This document shows, one piece after another, positions 10,872 to 19,950 of a stretch of 64,000 nucleotides of DNA; positions within the stretch are counted from its first letter, which is position 1; every line of letters starts with the position of its first letter. The DNA is from Bacilli bacterium. Lineage in GTDB: Bacteria; Bacillota_I; Bacilli_A; RF39; UBA660. The translations under genes and the position numbers were made by a program. The stretch lies in the NCBI GenBank assembly GCA_017484065.1, contig JAFUTX010000031.1, forward strand, positions 34,581-98,580, in the 5' to 3' direction. The notes beneath the pieces are model-generated. The model had not been told where the DNA came from, searched no databases, and saw nothing but the letters and a program-made list of their open reading frames with translations.

Positions 10872-11792
10872 ATGAATGAACTAGCGTTAAACGAAGAATT
10901 AAAGATTGAAGATATGATTTATGAAATTAGAGGTAAACAAGTTATGCTTGATAGCGATTTGGCTCGACTTTACAAATGTAAAAATGGTACAAAGTCTATT
11001 AATTTAGCAGTTAAAAGACATATCTATAGATTCCCAGAAAGATTTATGTTTCAATTAACTGAAGAAGAAAGTAAAATTATTTGGTTTCAATTTGAAACCA
11101 AAAATGGTAAAGCAGAGACTCGTGGTGGGAAATTTGATAAACCATTTGTATTTACAGAACAAGGTGTAGCTATGCTTGCTACTGTTTTAAAAACTGAAGT
11201 AGCAGAAGAAGTTAGTATTAAAATAATGGATGCATTTGTAGTTATGAGACATTATATATCAAATAATTTGTTAGAGCAAAAATTTATTAATAATCTGGTA
11301 TTAGAAAATAATGAACGTATTAATAAAAACAGTAAAGATATTACTTTATTACAAGAATCATTTAATAAATTAGAAGAAAATAAAGAAATTAATGAAATAT
11401 ATTTTGATGGAAAGATATATAATGCACATTCTTTAGTTTTAGATATTTTTAATATGGCTAAAAAAGAGTTAATTATAGTTGATAGATATACTGATAAAAC
11501 TATATTAGATATGATAAGGAACTTAAACTGCAATGTAATATTAATTACAGGTAAAAATTCTAAACTAACTAAATTAGATATAGAAAAATATAATAAAGAT
11601 TATAATAACTTAAAAGTATATTATGACGATACATTCCATGATAGATATTTTATTCTTGATAGAAACATAATATATCACTCTGGTAATAGTGTTAATTATA
11701 TAGGATATAGAAAGTCATCGTTAAACTTATTAAAGGATAAATCGGTAAAGGCATCAATATTAAAAGATGTCGATAAAATAATAATGCTTTAG
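10872..11792 (+). CDS. ORF6N (KilA-N-like) domain protein with ~170-aa C-terminal extension
   Basis: ORF6N domain signature (RGGKF...FTEQGVAMLATVLKTEVA); C-terminal region contains FHDRYFILD. Confidence 0.8.
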   Translation: MNELALNEELKIEDMIYEIRGKQVMLDSDLARLYKCKNGTKSINLAVKRHIYRFPERFMFQLTEEESKIIWFQFETKNGKAETRGGKFDKPFVFTEQGVAMLATVLKTEVAEEVSIKIMDAFVVMRHYISNNLLEQKFINNLVLENNERINKNSKDITLLQESFNKLEENKEINEIYFDGKIYNAHSLVLDIFNMAKKELIIVDRYTDKTILDMIRNLNCNVILITGKNSKLTKLDIEKYNKDYNNLKVYYDDTFHDRYFILDRNIIYHSGNSVNYIGYRKSSLNLLKDKSVKASILKDVDKIIML

Positions 11793-11810
11793 TCGGAGGG
11801 GTTTTAAATT

Positions 11811-12224
11811 ATGAATGAATTACTAGTTAATGAAGAATTAAAGATTGAAGATATGATTTATGAAATTAGAGGTAAACAAGTTATGCTGGATAGTGACTTG
11901 GCATATCTGTATAAATGTAAGAACGGGACAAAAGAAATTAATCAAGCAGTAAGCAGAAACATTAATAAGTTTCCAGAAAGATTTTCCTGGAAATTAACTG
12001 ATAATGAATCCGAAAATCTTTTGGTCACAATTTGTGACCAAAAAGGAAAAATAGATAGAAGGGGTGGAAAATTTAAAAATCCAAGAGTATTTTCTGAAGA
12101 AGGCGTAGCAATGCTTGCTACAATTCTTAAAACAGAAGTTGCTGATGAAATTAGTATCAAAATAATGGATGCATTTGTAGTTATGAGAAAATATATTTCA
12201 AATAGTCTAGTAGAACTAAAATAA
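11811..12224 (+). CDS. ORF6N (KilA-N-like) domain protein, stand-alone paralog
   Basis: same domain; first ~56 nt of coding sequence identical to the upstream paralog. Confidence 0.8.
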   Translation: MNELLVNEELKIEDMIYEIRGKQVMLDSDLAYLYKCKNGTKEINQAVSRNINKFPERFSWKLTDNESENLLVTICDQKGKIDRRGGKFKNPRVFSEEGVAMLATILKTEVADEISIKIMDAFVVMRKYISNSLVELK

Positions 12225-12251
12225 ATAAATTAAAGAATAAGTAGGTGTAAT

Positions 12252-13004
12252 ATGAAAATATTAAAATATACAAAATATAAAAGTAATCAATATAAACTAT
12301 TATTGGAAAATAATGAAGAAATTGTTTTATATGATGAAATTATTTTAAAATATGAGTTGTTAATAACTAAGAAAATAAAAAATATTAATGTAATAATAGA
12401 AGATAATAAATATTTAGAAAGTTACTATTTATTATTAAAAAAGTTAAATAGAAAACAACTAAGTGTTAAAGAAGCTAGGAATTATTTAAAACTGAATGGG
12501 TATACTGATTATAGTGTAATTGATAGATTAGTAAAAGAAAAGTATCTTGATGATGAAAAGTATTTATCTTCTTATATTAATACTCAAGTAAAATTAAAAG
12601 TAGTTGGGCCAGATAAAATAATAAATGATTTAATAAAACTAGGATTTAGCGAAGAAGATATAAAAAATAAAATATATAATATAGATAATGATATATGGTT
12701 TAATAAAATAAATAAATATTTAGATAATAAGATTAAGATAAATAAAAAATACAGTAATAATACATTAAAACAAAAACTATTATTGGATTTAATTAACAAA
12801 GGTTTTTATAAAGAAGACATAGTAGAGTGTTTGAATAAGAAAAAATTAAATGATGATTATGAAATACTAATTAAAGATTATGAAAGAATTAGTAAAGTTT
12901 TAAAAAGGAAATATACAGGTATTGAATATAAGAATAAATTAAAACAAAAATTAATTACAAAAGGGTATAGTTTAAATGATATAAACAAAGTTATAAACGA
13001 ATAA
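12252..13004 (+). CDS. recX: RecX-like regulatory protein (three-helix repeat architecture)
   Basis: repeated LxxxGYxxxxIxxxLxxxKYLDDEKY-type helical repeats; size 250 aa. Confidence 0.5.
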   Translation: MKILKYTKYKSNQYKLLLENNEEIVLYDEIILKYELLITKKIKNINVIIEDNKYLESYYLLLKKLNRKQLSVKEARNYLKLNGYTDYSVIDRLVKEKYLDDEKYLSSYINTQVKLKVVGPDKIINDLIKLGFSEEDIKNKIYNIDNDIWFNKINKYLDNKIKINKKYSNNTLKQKLLLDLINKGFYKEDIVECLNKKKLNDDYEILIKDYERISKVLKRKYTGIEYKNKLKQKLITKGYSLNDINKVINE

Positions 13005-13060
13005 TATATATTTTAGTTAATAAAAGTGTTATAATAACTAATATGAAATGAGGTATTCTT

Positions 13061-14155
13061 ATGAAAGAAAATATAATTTTAACTGGAGATAGACCAACTG
13101 GAAAATTGCATATAGGACACTTTGTTGGCTCATTAAGAGAAAGAGTAAAACTACAAAATGAAGGAAATTACAAAGAAATGTTAATTATGATTGCAGATAT
13201 GCAAGCATTAACAGATAATTCTGGTAATCCACAAAAAGTTAGAGATAATATTATAGAAGTTATGTTAGATTATTTATCAGTTGGCCTAGACCCTGAAAAA
13301 ACAATCTTTTTTGTTCAATCAGAAATAAAAGCATTAACTGAATTGACTATGTATTACATGAATTTAGTAACCTTACCTAGGTTATTAAGAAATCCTACCG
13401 TTAAATCTGAAATAAAAATGCGTGGTTATGATAATGATACAACTGGAGTCCCTGTTGGATTTGCTAACTATCCAATAAGTCAAGCGGCAGATATTACTGC
13501 ATTTAAAGCAAATGTTGTTCCAGTTGGAGATGACCAATTACCAATGATAGAGCAAACAAGAGAAATTGTAAAAAGCTTTAATAATACATATAATGAAGTT
13601 TTAATAATGCCAAATGCTAAAATACCAGATAACAAAGTGTGTTGTCGTTTGCCTGGAACTGATGGTAATGCTAAAATGAGTAAATCTTTAGGCAATGGAA
13701 TATATTTATCAGATACTAAAGAGGAAGTTAAGCGTAAGGTTATGAGTATGTATACTGATCCAAACCATTTAAAGATTAGTGACCCTGGAAATGTTGAGGA
13801 GAATACAGTATTTACATATTTGGATGCTTTCTGCACAGATGAAGATTTTATTAAATATTTACCAGAATATAAAAATTTAGATGAATTAAAGAATCATTAT
13901 CGTCGTGGAGGTTTAGGCGATGTTAAAATAAAACAATTTCTTAACCAAGTACTTGAAGGGGTATTAGAACCTATAAGAGAAAAAAGAAAATACTATGAAC
14001 AAAGAATACCTGAGGTAATTGAAATATTAAAATTAGGTACAGCTAAAGCTAATAGTTTAGCAAATGAAACATTAAATGAAGTAAAACATGCTATTGGTAT
14101 TGATTATTTTAATGAAGAATTCTTGAATGAACAATTAAATAAGTTTTCAAAATAA
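13061..14155 (+). CDS. trpS: tryptophan--tRNA ligase
   Basis: class I HIGH (TGKLHIGH) and KMSKS motifs, size 364 aa. Confidence 0.85.
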   Translation: MKENIILTGDRPTGKLHIGHFVGSLRERVKLQNEGNYKEMLIMIADMQALTDNSGNPQKVRDNIIEVMLDYLSVGLDPEKTIFFVQSEIKALTELTMYYMNLVTLPRLLRNPTVKSEIKMRGYDNDTTGVPVGFANYPISQAADITAFKANVVPVGDDQLPMIEQTREIVKSFNNTYNEVLIMPNAKIPDNKVCCRLPGTDGNAKMSKSLGNGIYLSDTKEEVKRKVMSMYTDPNHLKISDPGNVEENTVFTYLDAFCTDEDFIKYLPEYKNLDELKNHYRRGGLGDVKIKQFLNQVLEGVLEPIREKRKYYEQRIPEVIEILKLGTAKANSLANETLNEVKHAIGIDYFNEEFLNEQLNKFSK

Positions 14156-14187
14156 AAATATCCGGAAGGATATTTTTTTGTGTAAAG

Positions 14188-14988
14188 TTATCTTCTTATA
14201 ATATTGTTTTGTTCAATTATATCTAATTTATAATTAGTATTTAATACCAAGTTTTCAAAAAATTTAATTAAGTAATCAGATGATTGTAAGCTCATTATTG
14301 GATGATTATCTATAGCTAAGGCATTTCTAAAATATAAAGAGTTTTCCATGAATACAGAATTATCTATGTTGTAGCCACGACTTTTTAAATACTTAATTAA
14401 AAAGACACTTATGGTTCTAGTATTTCCTTCTCTAAATGGATGAGCTTGCCAAATATTACTTATAAATCTAGCTAATCTTTTTATTCTTTTATCCATAGGT
14501 AATTCATCATAATTATAATTTAATTCAATATTGAAGTCATAATCTAAATAATCACTTATTTTATTATAGTCGGCATACATTACTGTATTCCCATTTAATA
14601 TATTTTCTTCTTTATCTAAATTACATTTTCTATAATTACCTGCAAAAGAGTAGACGTCCTTAAAAAGATTGTAATGAATTTCTTTTAACATATTAGGTGA
14701 TATTTCAAAAGATGTATCACTGTTTAAATAATCAACAATTCTATTACTGACAATATCACATTCCATTTTATTTCTTAATTCTTTATTACTTAAATCTTGA
14801 ACTTTATAAAACCTAGAAAGAATGGCTTCTAATTCTTCATTACTAATAATTCCATTGATGTTCTTTGTGGCTAATATTTGTAAAAATTTAGAAGGAGTTA
14901 AACCATCTACTTGTTGTAAGCCAATTGCTGTAGCCCATGATTTAATTGTTTCCTTTGTTTCATCGTCATAATTAGAGTTTATAAGCAT
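14188..14988 (-). CDS. Fic/Doc family protein with variant active-site motif HPFREGNTRT
   Basis: Fic fold motif at 14413-14442 (minus strand). Confidence 0.8.
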   Translation of the reverse strand: MLINSNYDDETKETIKSWATAIGLQQVDGLTPSKFLQILATKNINGIISNEELEAILSRFYKVQDLSNKELRNKMECDIVSNRIVDYLNSDTSFEISPNMLKEIHYNLFKDVYSFAGNYRKCNLDKEENILNGNTVMYADYNKISDYLDYDFNIELNYNYDELPMDKRIKRLARFISNIWQAHPFREGNTRTISVFLIKYLKSRGYNIDNSVFMENSLYFRNALAIDNHPIMSLQSSDYLIKFFENLVLNTNYKLDIIEQNNIIRR

Positions 14989-15032
14989 ATAATCACTTCC
15001 TAAACATTATTATAACATAAAAAAACTAGTAA

Positions 15033-16052
15033 TTATTTACTAGTTTGTGATTGTAATTTAACGTTAGAAATATAATTAGAATATTGAGTATTTAATTCAG
15101 AATCATTTATTTCCATTCCTTGTTTATTACGATAATGTTGTAGGGCAGTTACGCTTAATGAACTATCATCAGTAATAGCTTTATTAGCTAAATCTTCAAT
15201 AATATCATCTTTAATATCTTCTAATTTATCTTTTTCTTTAGTTTTTTCTCTTAATATTACATGGTAACCTAATTCAGTTTTAATAACTTCAGATGAGTAT
15301 TCACCATCTTTTAATTTATAAGCAGCATCTAATAGATTTTTATAGTTATCATCTAAAATATCATAGTTGATATAATCCATGCTACCACCATCTTTTTTAG
15401 TAGCGTCATCTTGTGAATATTCTTTAGCTAAAGAAGTGAATGTTTCTTTAATATCTTTTCCTTCTTTTTTAGCTGTGTTTAACTTTTCAATAACTTCTTT
15501 AATTTTAGCTTCAGCAGCTTCTTCTTTCTTAGTCTTATCTTCATCTTTATCATCATCTTTAACATCTGGTGTAATTAAGATATGACTAACTAAAATATCA
15601 GGATATACATCATTTTCATAATATTTATTAATTTGATCTTCTGTTATAGTAGTTTTAGCATATGCTAAAATAGCTTTTTGTTTTAAATTATTTAAATATA
15701 AATAATCTTGGTAAGCTTCAATACTTGGCATTCCAGTATATTGTTGAATCATTGTTTGTAATTGATCTCCATAGCTTTCCTTCATAGTTTTAATTGTTGA
15801 TTCAGCATCTTTTTTAGCTTTTTCAACATCACTCTTAAATTCTTTTTCTAATACATGTTTATCAATTAAATTCATTAGAGTATTTAATCCATAAGTGTTT
15901 TTTATTTCTTCGTATAAGGTATCAACACTTATTTTATCTCCATTTTCAAATGATACTACTGCTTCGCTGCCATCTTTTAGTTTTGGTATTTCTTTACCGC
16001 AACCACATAATAATATACAACTTAATCCTAATAATACAATTTTCTTTTTCAT
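15033..16052 (-). CDS. prsA: PrsA-like foldase lipoprotein (parvulin-type PPIase domain)
   Basis: lipobox LLCGC; VSHILI...GYHVI parvulin motifs. Confidence 0.75.
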   Translation of the reverse strand: MKKKIVLLGLSCILLCGCGKEIPKLKDGSEAVVSFENGDKISVDTLYEEIKNTYGLNTLMNLIDKHVLEKEFKSDVEKAKKDAESTIKTMKESYGDQLQTMIQQYTGMPSIEAYQDYLYLNNLKQKAILAYAKTTITEDQINKYYENDVYPDILVSHILITPDVKDDDKDEDKTKKEEAAEAKIKEVIEKLNTAKKEGKDIKETFTSLAKEYSQDDATKKDGGSMDYINYDILDDNYKNLLDAAYKLKDGEYSSEVIKTELGYHVILREKTKEKDKLEDIKDDIIEDLANKAITDDSSLSVTALQHYRNKQGMEINDSELNTQYSNYISNVKLQSQTSK

Positions 16053-16139
16053 TTACGTTTAATCCTCCTTTAAACAACAATTATTATATCACAACTTTAA
16101 TTAAAAACAATAACAACCCTCACACTATTTGAAAAAAAC

Positions 16140-16148
16140 CATATTATA
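16140..16148 (+). promoter_or_regulatory. CATAnnnTA -10-like element (mother-cell sporulation sigma type) upstream of the yjcZ-like genes
   Basis: CATATTATA with AC about 16 bp upstream. Confidence 0.25.
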
Positions 16149-16181
16149 TAAGTGAAAAGACAAATAAAGGAGGAAAGATTT

Positions 16182-16283
16182 ATGAATAATTGTGGAAATA
16201 ATAACAATGGCTACGGATTTGGCCCTGCTATAATTTTAGTATTATTTATTCTTTTAATCATCATCGTAGGGGCTTTCATTTAG
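16182..16283 (+). CDS. YjcZ-like small hydrophobic sporulation peptide (33 aa)
   Basis: MNNCGNNNNGYGFGPAIILVLFILLIIIVGAFI; AAGGAGG 7 nt upstream; too short for the ORF track. Confidence 0.5.
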   Translation: MNNCGNNNNGYGFGPAIILVLFILLIIIVGAFI

Positions 16284-16312
16284 TCTTTTAATAAAAGTTT
16301 AAGGAGGTGTCT

Positions 16313-16426
16313 ATGAGCTGTTCATGTAAAAATAAAGGTAATAATAGTATCTCTTGCAATGCATTTATGATAATTATATTATATATATTATTAGCTATAA
16401 TACTTGGTGGAGTACTATTTTATTAA
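16313..16426 (+). CDS. second small hydrophobic peptide (37 aa), tandem to the first
   Basis: MSCSCKNKGNNSISCNAFMIIILYILLAIILGGVLFY; AAGGAGG 5 nt upstream. Confidence 0.45.
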   Translation: MSCSCKNKGNNSISCNAFMIIILYILLAIILGGVLFY

Positions 16427-16431
16427 ATAAC

Positions 16432-16460
16432 AAGAAGGAAAAGATAACCTTCTTTTTTTG
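16432..16460 (+). terminator. intrinsic terminator after the peptide pair
   Basis: AAGAAGG-aaaagataa-CCTTCTT plus TTTTTT. Confidence 0.6.
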
Positions 16461-16518
16461 TCGTTTTTTGTCGACTGCTTTTTCTTGGCTAAATGTTTTA
16501 CAAATGATAGTATTGATT

Positions 16519-16527
16519 GGGGGGGGG
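16519..16527 (+). repeat. G9 homopolymer in the abi ribosome-binding region
   Basis: 9 consecutive G ending 5 nt before the ATG at 16533. Confidence 0.7.
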
Positions 16528-16532
16528 TTATT

Positions 16533-17501
16533 ATGGTTGAATATAAAATATTAACTTCAGAAGAGTTAGTAAATCACTTAAAAGAAAAAAATATTAAATT
16601 TAATTATATTAGTGAAGAAGATGCTGTTAAATATTTAAAGAAAAATAATAGTTATTATAATTTAACATCTTATTTAAATAATTTTAAAAAATATCCATCT
16701 CCTGCTGGAAGATACGAAGGTATGTATATTGATTTAGATTTTGCTTACTTAAAAGATATGGCAATAGTAGATTATAGATTAAGGCTCATATTATTTAAAA
16801 TGACGACAGCAATAGAACATCATTTAAAATTAGAAATATTAAATAATATAAGTAAGTATAGTAATGATAATGGTTTATCATTAGTTAATAGTTATTTAGA
16901 AAAAGATTTTAATGATGAATTGTTTCCTAAAAAAATCCATCATAGTATTATAAGAAAAGTAGATAGTGATTATTATAAGAAACTATTTAACAATTATGAT
17001 ATAGACGGAGATAAAAAATTAGAAAATATACCACTATGGTTATTCTTAGAAGTTATAACATTTGGAGAATTAGTTAGATTTTATGAATATTATGCCCGTA
17101 CATATAGTTTAAAGAAAATAGTACATAATATTCATAATTTAAAAGATATAGTTAAATTAAGAAATGCTTGTGCACATAATACTAATATATTAAATGATTT
17201 AAATCAAAAAAATCATAATGTTAGTTTAAATTATGATATAACTCGCTTTTTAGAAAAATGCAATATTAATAAAAAAAGTAGACACAATAAAATGAGTAAT
17301 GCAAGAGTTAGACAAATAACTTGTACATTATTTGTATTTAATGAAATAGTCATTAGTGAAGGTGTTAGAAAAAGTGTTAAAAACGCTTTAAATAAATTCT
17401 TTTTTATAAGAATAAAAAGAAATAAAAAATACTATAATAATAATGAACTACTTATATCAGTATATAAATATTTTGAAAAAATAATTGGAAAAATATACTG
17501 A
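16533..17501 (+). CDS. Abi_2 (AbiD/AbiF-like) abortive-infection family protein
   Basis: Abi_2 family pattern; ATG at 16533 preferred over the longer track ORF starting 16458. Confidence 0.75.
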   Translation: MVEYKILTSEELVNHLKEKNIKFNYISEEDAVKYLKKNNSYYNLTSYLNNFKKYPSPAGRYEGMYIDLDFAYLKDMAIVDYRLRLILFKMTTAIEHHLKLEILNNISKYSNDNGLSLVNSYLEKDFNDELFPKKIHHSIIRKVDSDYYKKLFNNYDIDGDKKLENIPLWLFLEVITFGELVRFYEYYARTYSLKKIVHNIHNLKDIVKLRNACAHNTNILNDLNQKNHNVSLNYDITRFLEKCNINKKSRHNKMSNARVRQITCTLFVFNEIVISEGVRKSVKNALNKFFFIRIKRNKKYYNNNELLISVYKYFEKIIGKIY

Positions 17502-17508
17502 AAGGTAG

Positions 17509-17650
17509 TTGACATAAACGAATATCAATGATATATTGTTTATGCGAGTAAAAAAGAAATGTCTTTTTGCAAGGACACTATGATAGGTAGAGTCCTACTT
17601 TTTCTTTTATGAGAGATTACTTGTTGAGTAATCTCTTATTTTTTATATTT
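17509..17650 (+). ncRNA. candidate small RNA or leader: promoter followed by two tandem intrinsic terminators
   Basis: TTGACA-17-TATATT at 17509-17537; hairpin AGGAC..GTCCT plus U-tract (~17575-17610); hairpin GAGAGATTACT..AGTAATCTCTT plus U-tract (~17611-17650). Confidence 0.3.
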
Positions 17651-17698
17651 ACCCATTTATTTATAGTCTTTTTTTTTATTTAATGATATAATTATCTT

Positions 17699-18325
17699 GT
17701 GATGTTTATGAAAGTAGTAAAAAATGAAGAAGTAGAAAACGATACAAAGAAATATCGTGGGAGAAAGATAGTTATATTTATTATACTATTAATTGGATTT
17801 ATCTATTTAGGAACAATTGATTATAGCAAAGATGCTAATGATAATGAGAAGTTTAGTAATGAGTTTAATTTAGTTAGTAAAGATAATCACTTTGAGTATA
17901 TTAGTGCGTCTCGTGTTACTACTATTATGAAAAAAGAACAAGGAATTATCCTTTTTGGTTTTAGTGGTAATGAATGGACTAATTATTATGCATCTATCTT
18001 AAATGATGTTGCTAATGAACTTAAAATAGATAAAGTTTATTATTATGATATTTATAATGATCGAAGAAGTAATAATGCTGATTATGAAAGGGTAGTAGCT
18101 AATTTATCAAATGAGTTATTATCAAATGATTTATCAGTTCAAGAAATTTATGCTCCAAGTTTGTTAGTTGTAGCTAATAATAAAATATTAGCATATGATG
18201 ATGAAACTAGTTATCGTACAGGTAATATTAAACCAAGTGATTACTGGAGTGAATATCAAAAAGATTTAAAAAAGAAAACATTAAAAGTAATATTACAAAA
18301 TTACTTAGATGAAATAAAACATTAA
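17699..18325 (+). CDS. hypothetical N-terminally membrane-anchored protein
   Basis: one TM helix near the N-terminus; start uncertain (GTG 17699, ATG 17702 or 17708). Confidence 0.45.
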   Translation: MMFMKVVKNEEVENDTKKYRGRKIVIFIILLIGFIYLGTIDYSKDANDNEKFSNEFNLVSKDNHFEYISASRVTTIMKKEQGIILFGFSGNEWTNYYASILNDVANELKIDKVYYYDIYNDRRSNNADYERVVANLSNELLSNDLSVQEIYAPSLLVVANNKILAYDDETSYRTGNIKPSDYWSEYQKDLKKKTLKVILQNYLDEIKH

Positions 18326-18339
18326 AAGGAGAGATAAAA

Positions 18340-18873
18340 ATGAATTTAGAAATTGAAAGTAAAATGGGTAAAGCAATAGAAAGTTTAGATAATAGACTTG
18401 TTAATATTAGAGCTGGTAGAGCTAATCCAGCTATGTTAAATGGAATTATGGTAAGTTATTATGGAACACCAACACCATTAAAACAACTTGCTAACATTAC
18501 AGTACCAGAAGCTACTGAATTAATGGTTAAACCTTTTGATAAAGGTATATTAAAAGAAATTGAAAGAGCTATTAATGAAGCTAATTTAGGAATAAATCCT
18601 ACTAACAATGGAGAGGTTGTTATTCTAAAAGTTCCTCAACTTACTGAAGAAACTAGAAGAGATTATGTAAAACAAGCTAAAGCTATAGCTGAAGAGGCTA
18701 AAATAGCTTTACGTAATATTAGACAAGATGCAAATAATGATATTAAGAAATTAGAAATTACTGAAGATGAACAAAAAAGAGAATTAGATAAAGTACAAGA
18801 ATTAATTAACAAATATAATAAAATTGTTGATGAAAAATTAGGTGTTAAAGAAAAAGAGTTAATGTCAATATAA
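18340..18873 (+). CDS. frr: ribosome recycling factor
   Basis: full-length RRF similarity. Confidence 0.95.
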   Translation: MNLEIESKMGKAIESLDNRLVNIRAGRANPAMLNGIMVSYYGTPTPLKQLANITVPEATELMVKPFDKGILKEIERAINEANLGINPTNNGEVVILKVPQLTEETRRDYVKQAKAIAEEAKIALRNIRQDANNDIKKLEITEDEQKRELDKVQELINKYNKIVDEKLGVKEKELMSI

Positions 18874-18894
18874 TTAAATAAAGGGGATTTTGTT

Positions 18895-19392
18895 ATGTTG
18901 GATAGTTTATTTAGAATATTAAAAAAATCACAAACATCAGAAGAAGTATTAGCAAACAATTATGATTTAAAAAGCTTTTATATAAAAACTATAAAAGATA
19001 TGGATTGTGAAGATATTTTTATTAAATTTAATATTAATCAAGATGAGTTTACTTGTAGCATTTCTAAAATGAATGATGAAAAAGAAGAAGTGGGTACTAA
19101 GCATTGTATTATATTTGATAATAATGCTAATGATGATATTTTGAACTTAATTGAATATTTATATCAAGATAATGAACGTATTGAATATATTGAAAAAGTT
19201 GATATTGCTAGGTTCGATAATGATAATAAGAGTAAACTTCTTATAGAGGTTGAATACAATGATTTAAATAAGAATTATTTATATATGATTGAATTAAATG
19301 CTAATAGTTATATTATTAATAATTATGAAAATAGTATTAATGTTATGATGGGTAATGATACAAAAACATTAACCAAAAAGTTACATTTATAA
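18895..19392 (+). CDS. hypothetical protein
   Basis: 165-aa ORF, RBS AAAGGGG upstream. Confidence 0.45.
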   Translation: MLDSLFRILKKSQTSEEVLANNYDLKSFYIKTIKDMDCEDIFIKFNINQDEFTCSISKMNDEKEEVGTKHCIIFDNNANDDILNLIEYLYQDNERIEYIEKVDIARFDNDNKSKLLIEVEYNDLNKNYLYMIELNANSYIINNYENSINVMMGNDTKTLTKKLHL

Positions 19393-19404
19393 GGGTGGTT
19401 TGCA

Positions 19405-19935
19405 ATGGAATATACAATTAATGAATTTTGGTCAGATGGCTTTGATAAAATAGCTCCTAATAGTTTTAAATTAGTATTTAATATTAATAATGAAAGTATT
19501 AAGGGTAAATTTGTTGCATTAGAAAAAGACAATAATAACATAATAGAGAATGAGAATACAATAATGTTTGCAAATTTTAATTATACTAAACCTAATTTAG
19601 ATGCAGTATTGAGCATAGTTGAATCATTTTATTTAGCAAGTAATGATATAAGTGATTGTAAGGTATATCAATATAATGATAATAGAAAAAGTTTAAGTAG
19701 ATTAATAGTTAAGTTTGTTATTGATCAAAATGATTATGTGTTTTTTGAAATAGTAGGATTAACTACTTTAATAGAGCAATATAGAAATATAATAAATAAA
19801 ATATTAGATTTAAAAGATATGAAGTATAATTATAATATGTATAAGGAGTTACAAAATAAAACTAAAGCAGAATTAGTTGAAGAGTTAGATAAGAATGATT
19901 TAGTAGATGCAGTAATACTAAAAAGGACAAGATAA
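19405..19935 (+). CDS. hypothetical protein
   Basis: 176-aa ORF, RBS AAGGGTGG upstream. Confidence 0.45.
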   Translation: MEYTINEFWSDGFDKIAPNSFKLVFNINNESIKGKFVALEKDNNNIIENENTIMFANFNYTKPNLDAVLSIVESFYLASNDISDCKVYQYNDNRKSLSRLIVKFVIDQNDYVFFEIVGLTTLIEQYRNIINKILDLKDMKYNYNMYKELQNKTKAELVEELDKNDLVDAVILKRTR

Positions 19936-19950
19936 AAGGTGGGATACTTT

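Noticed and set aside
13005-13060. T-box riboswitch upstream of trpS
   Set aside because: The intergenic region is only 56 nt with no T-box sequence or terminator/antiterminator.
16458-16532. Upstream extension of the Abi ORF (track start 16458)
   Set aside because: The extension runs through the terminator and G9 tract and has no RBS; the ATG at 16533 sits directly after the G-rich SD.
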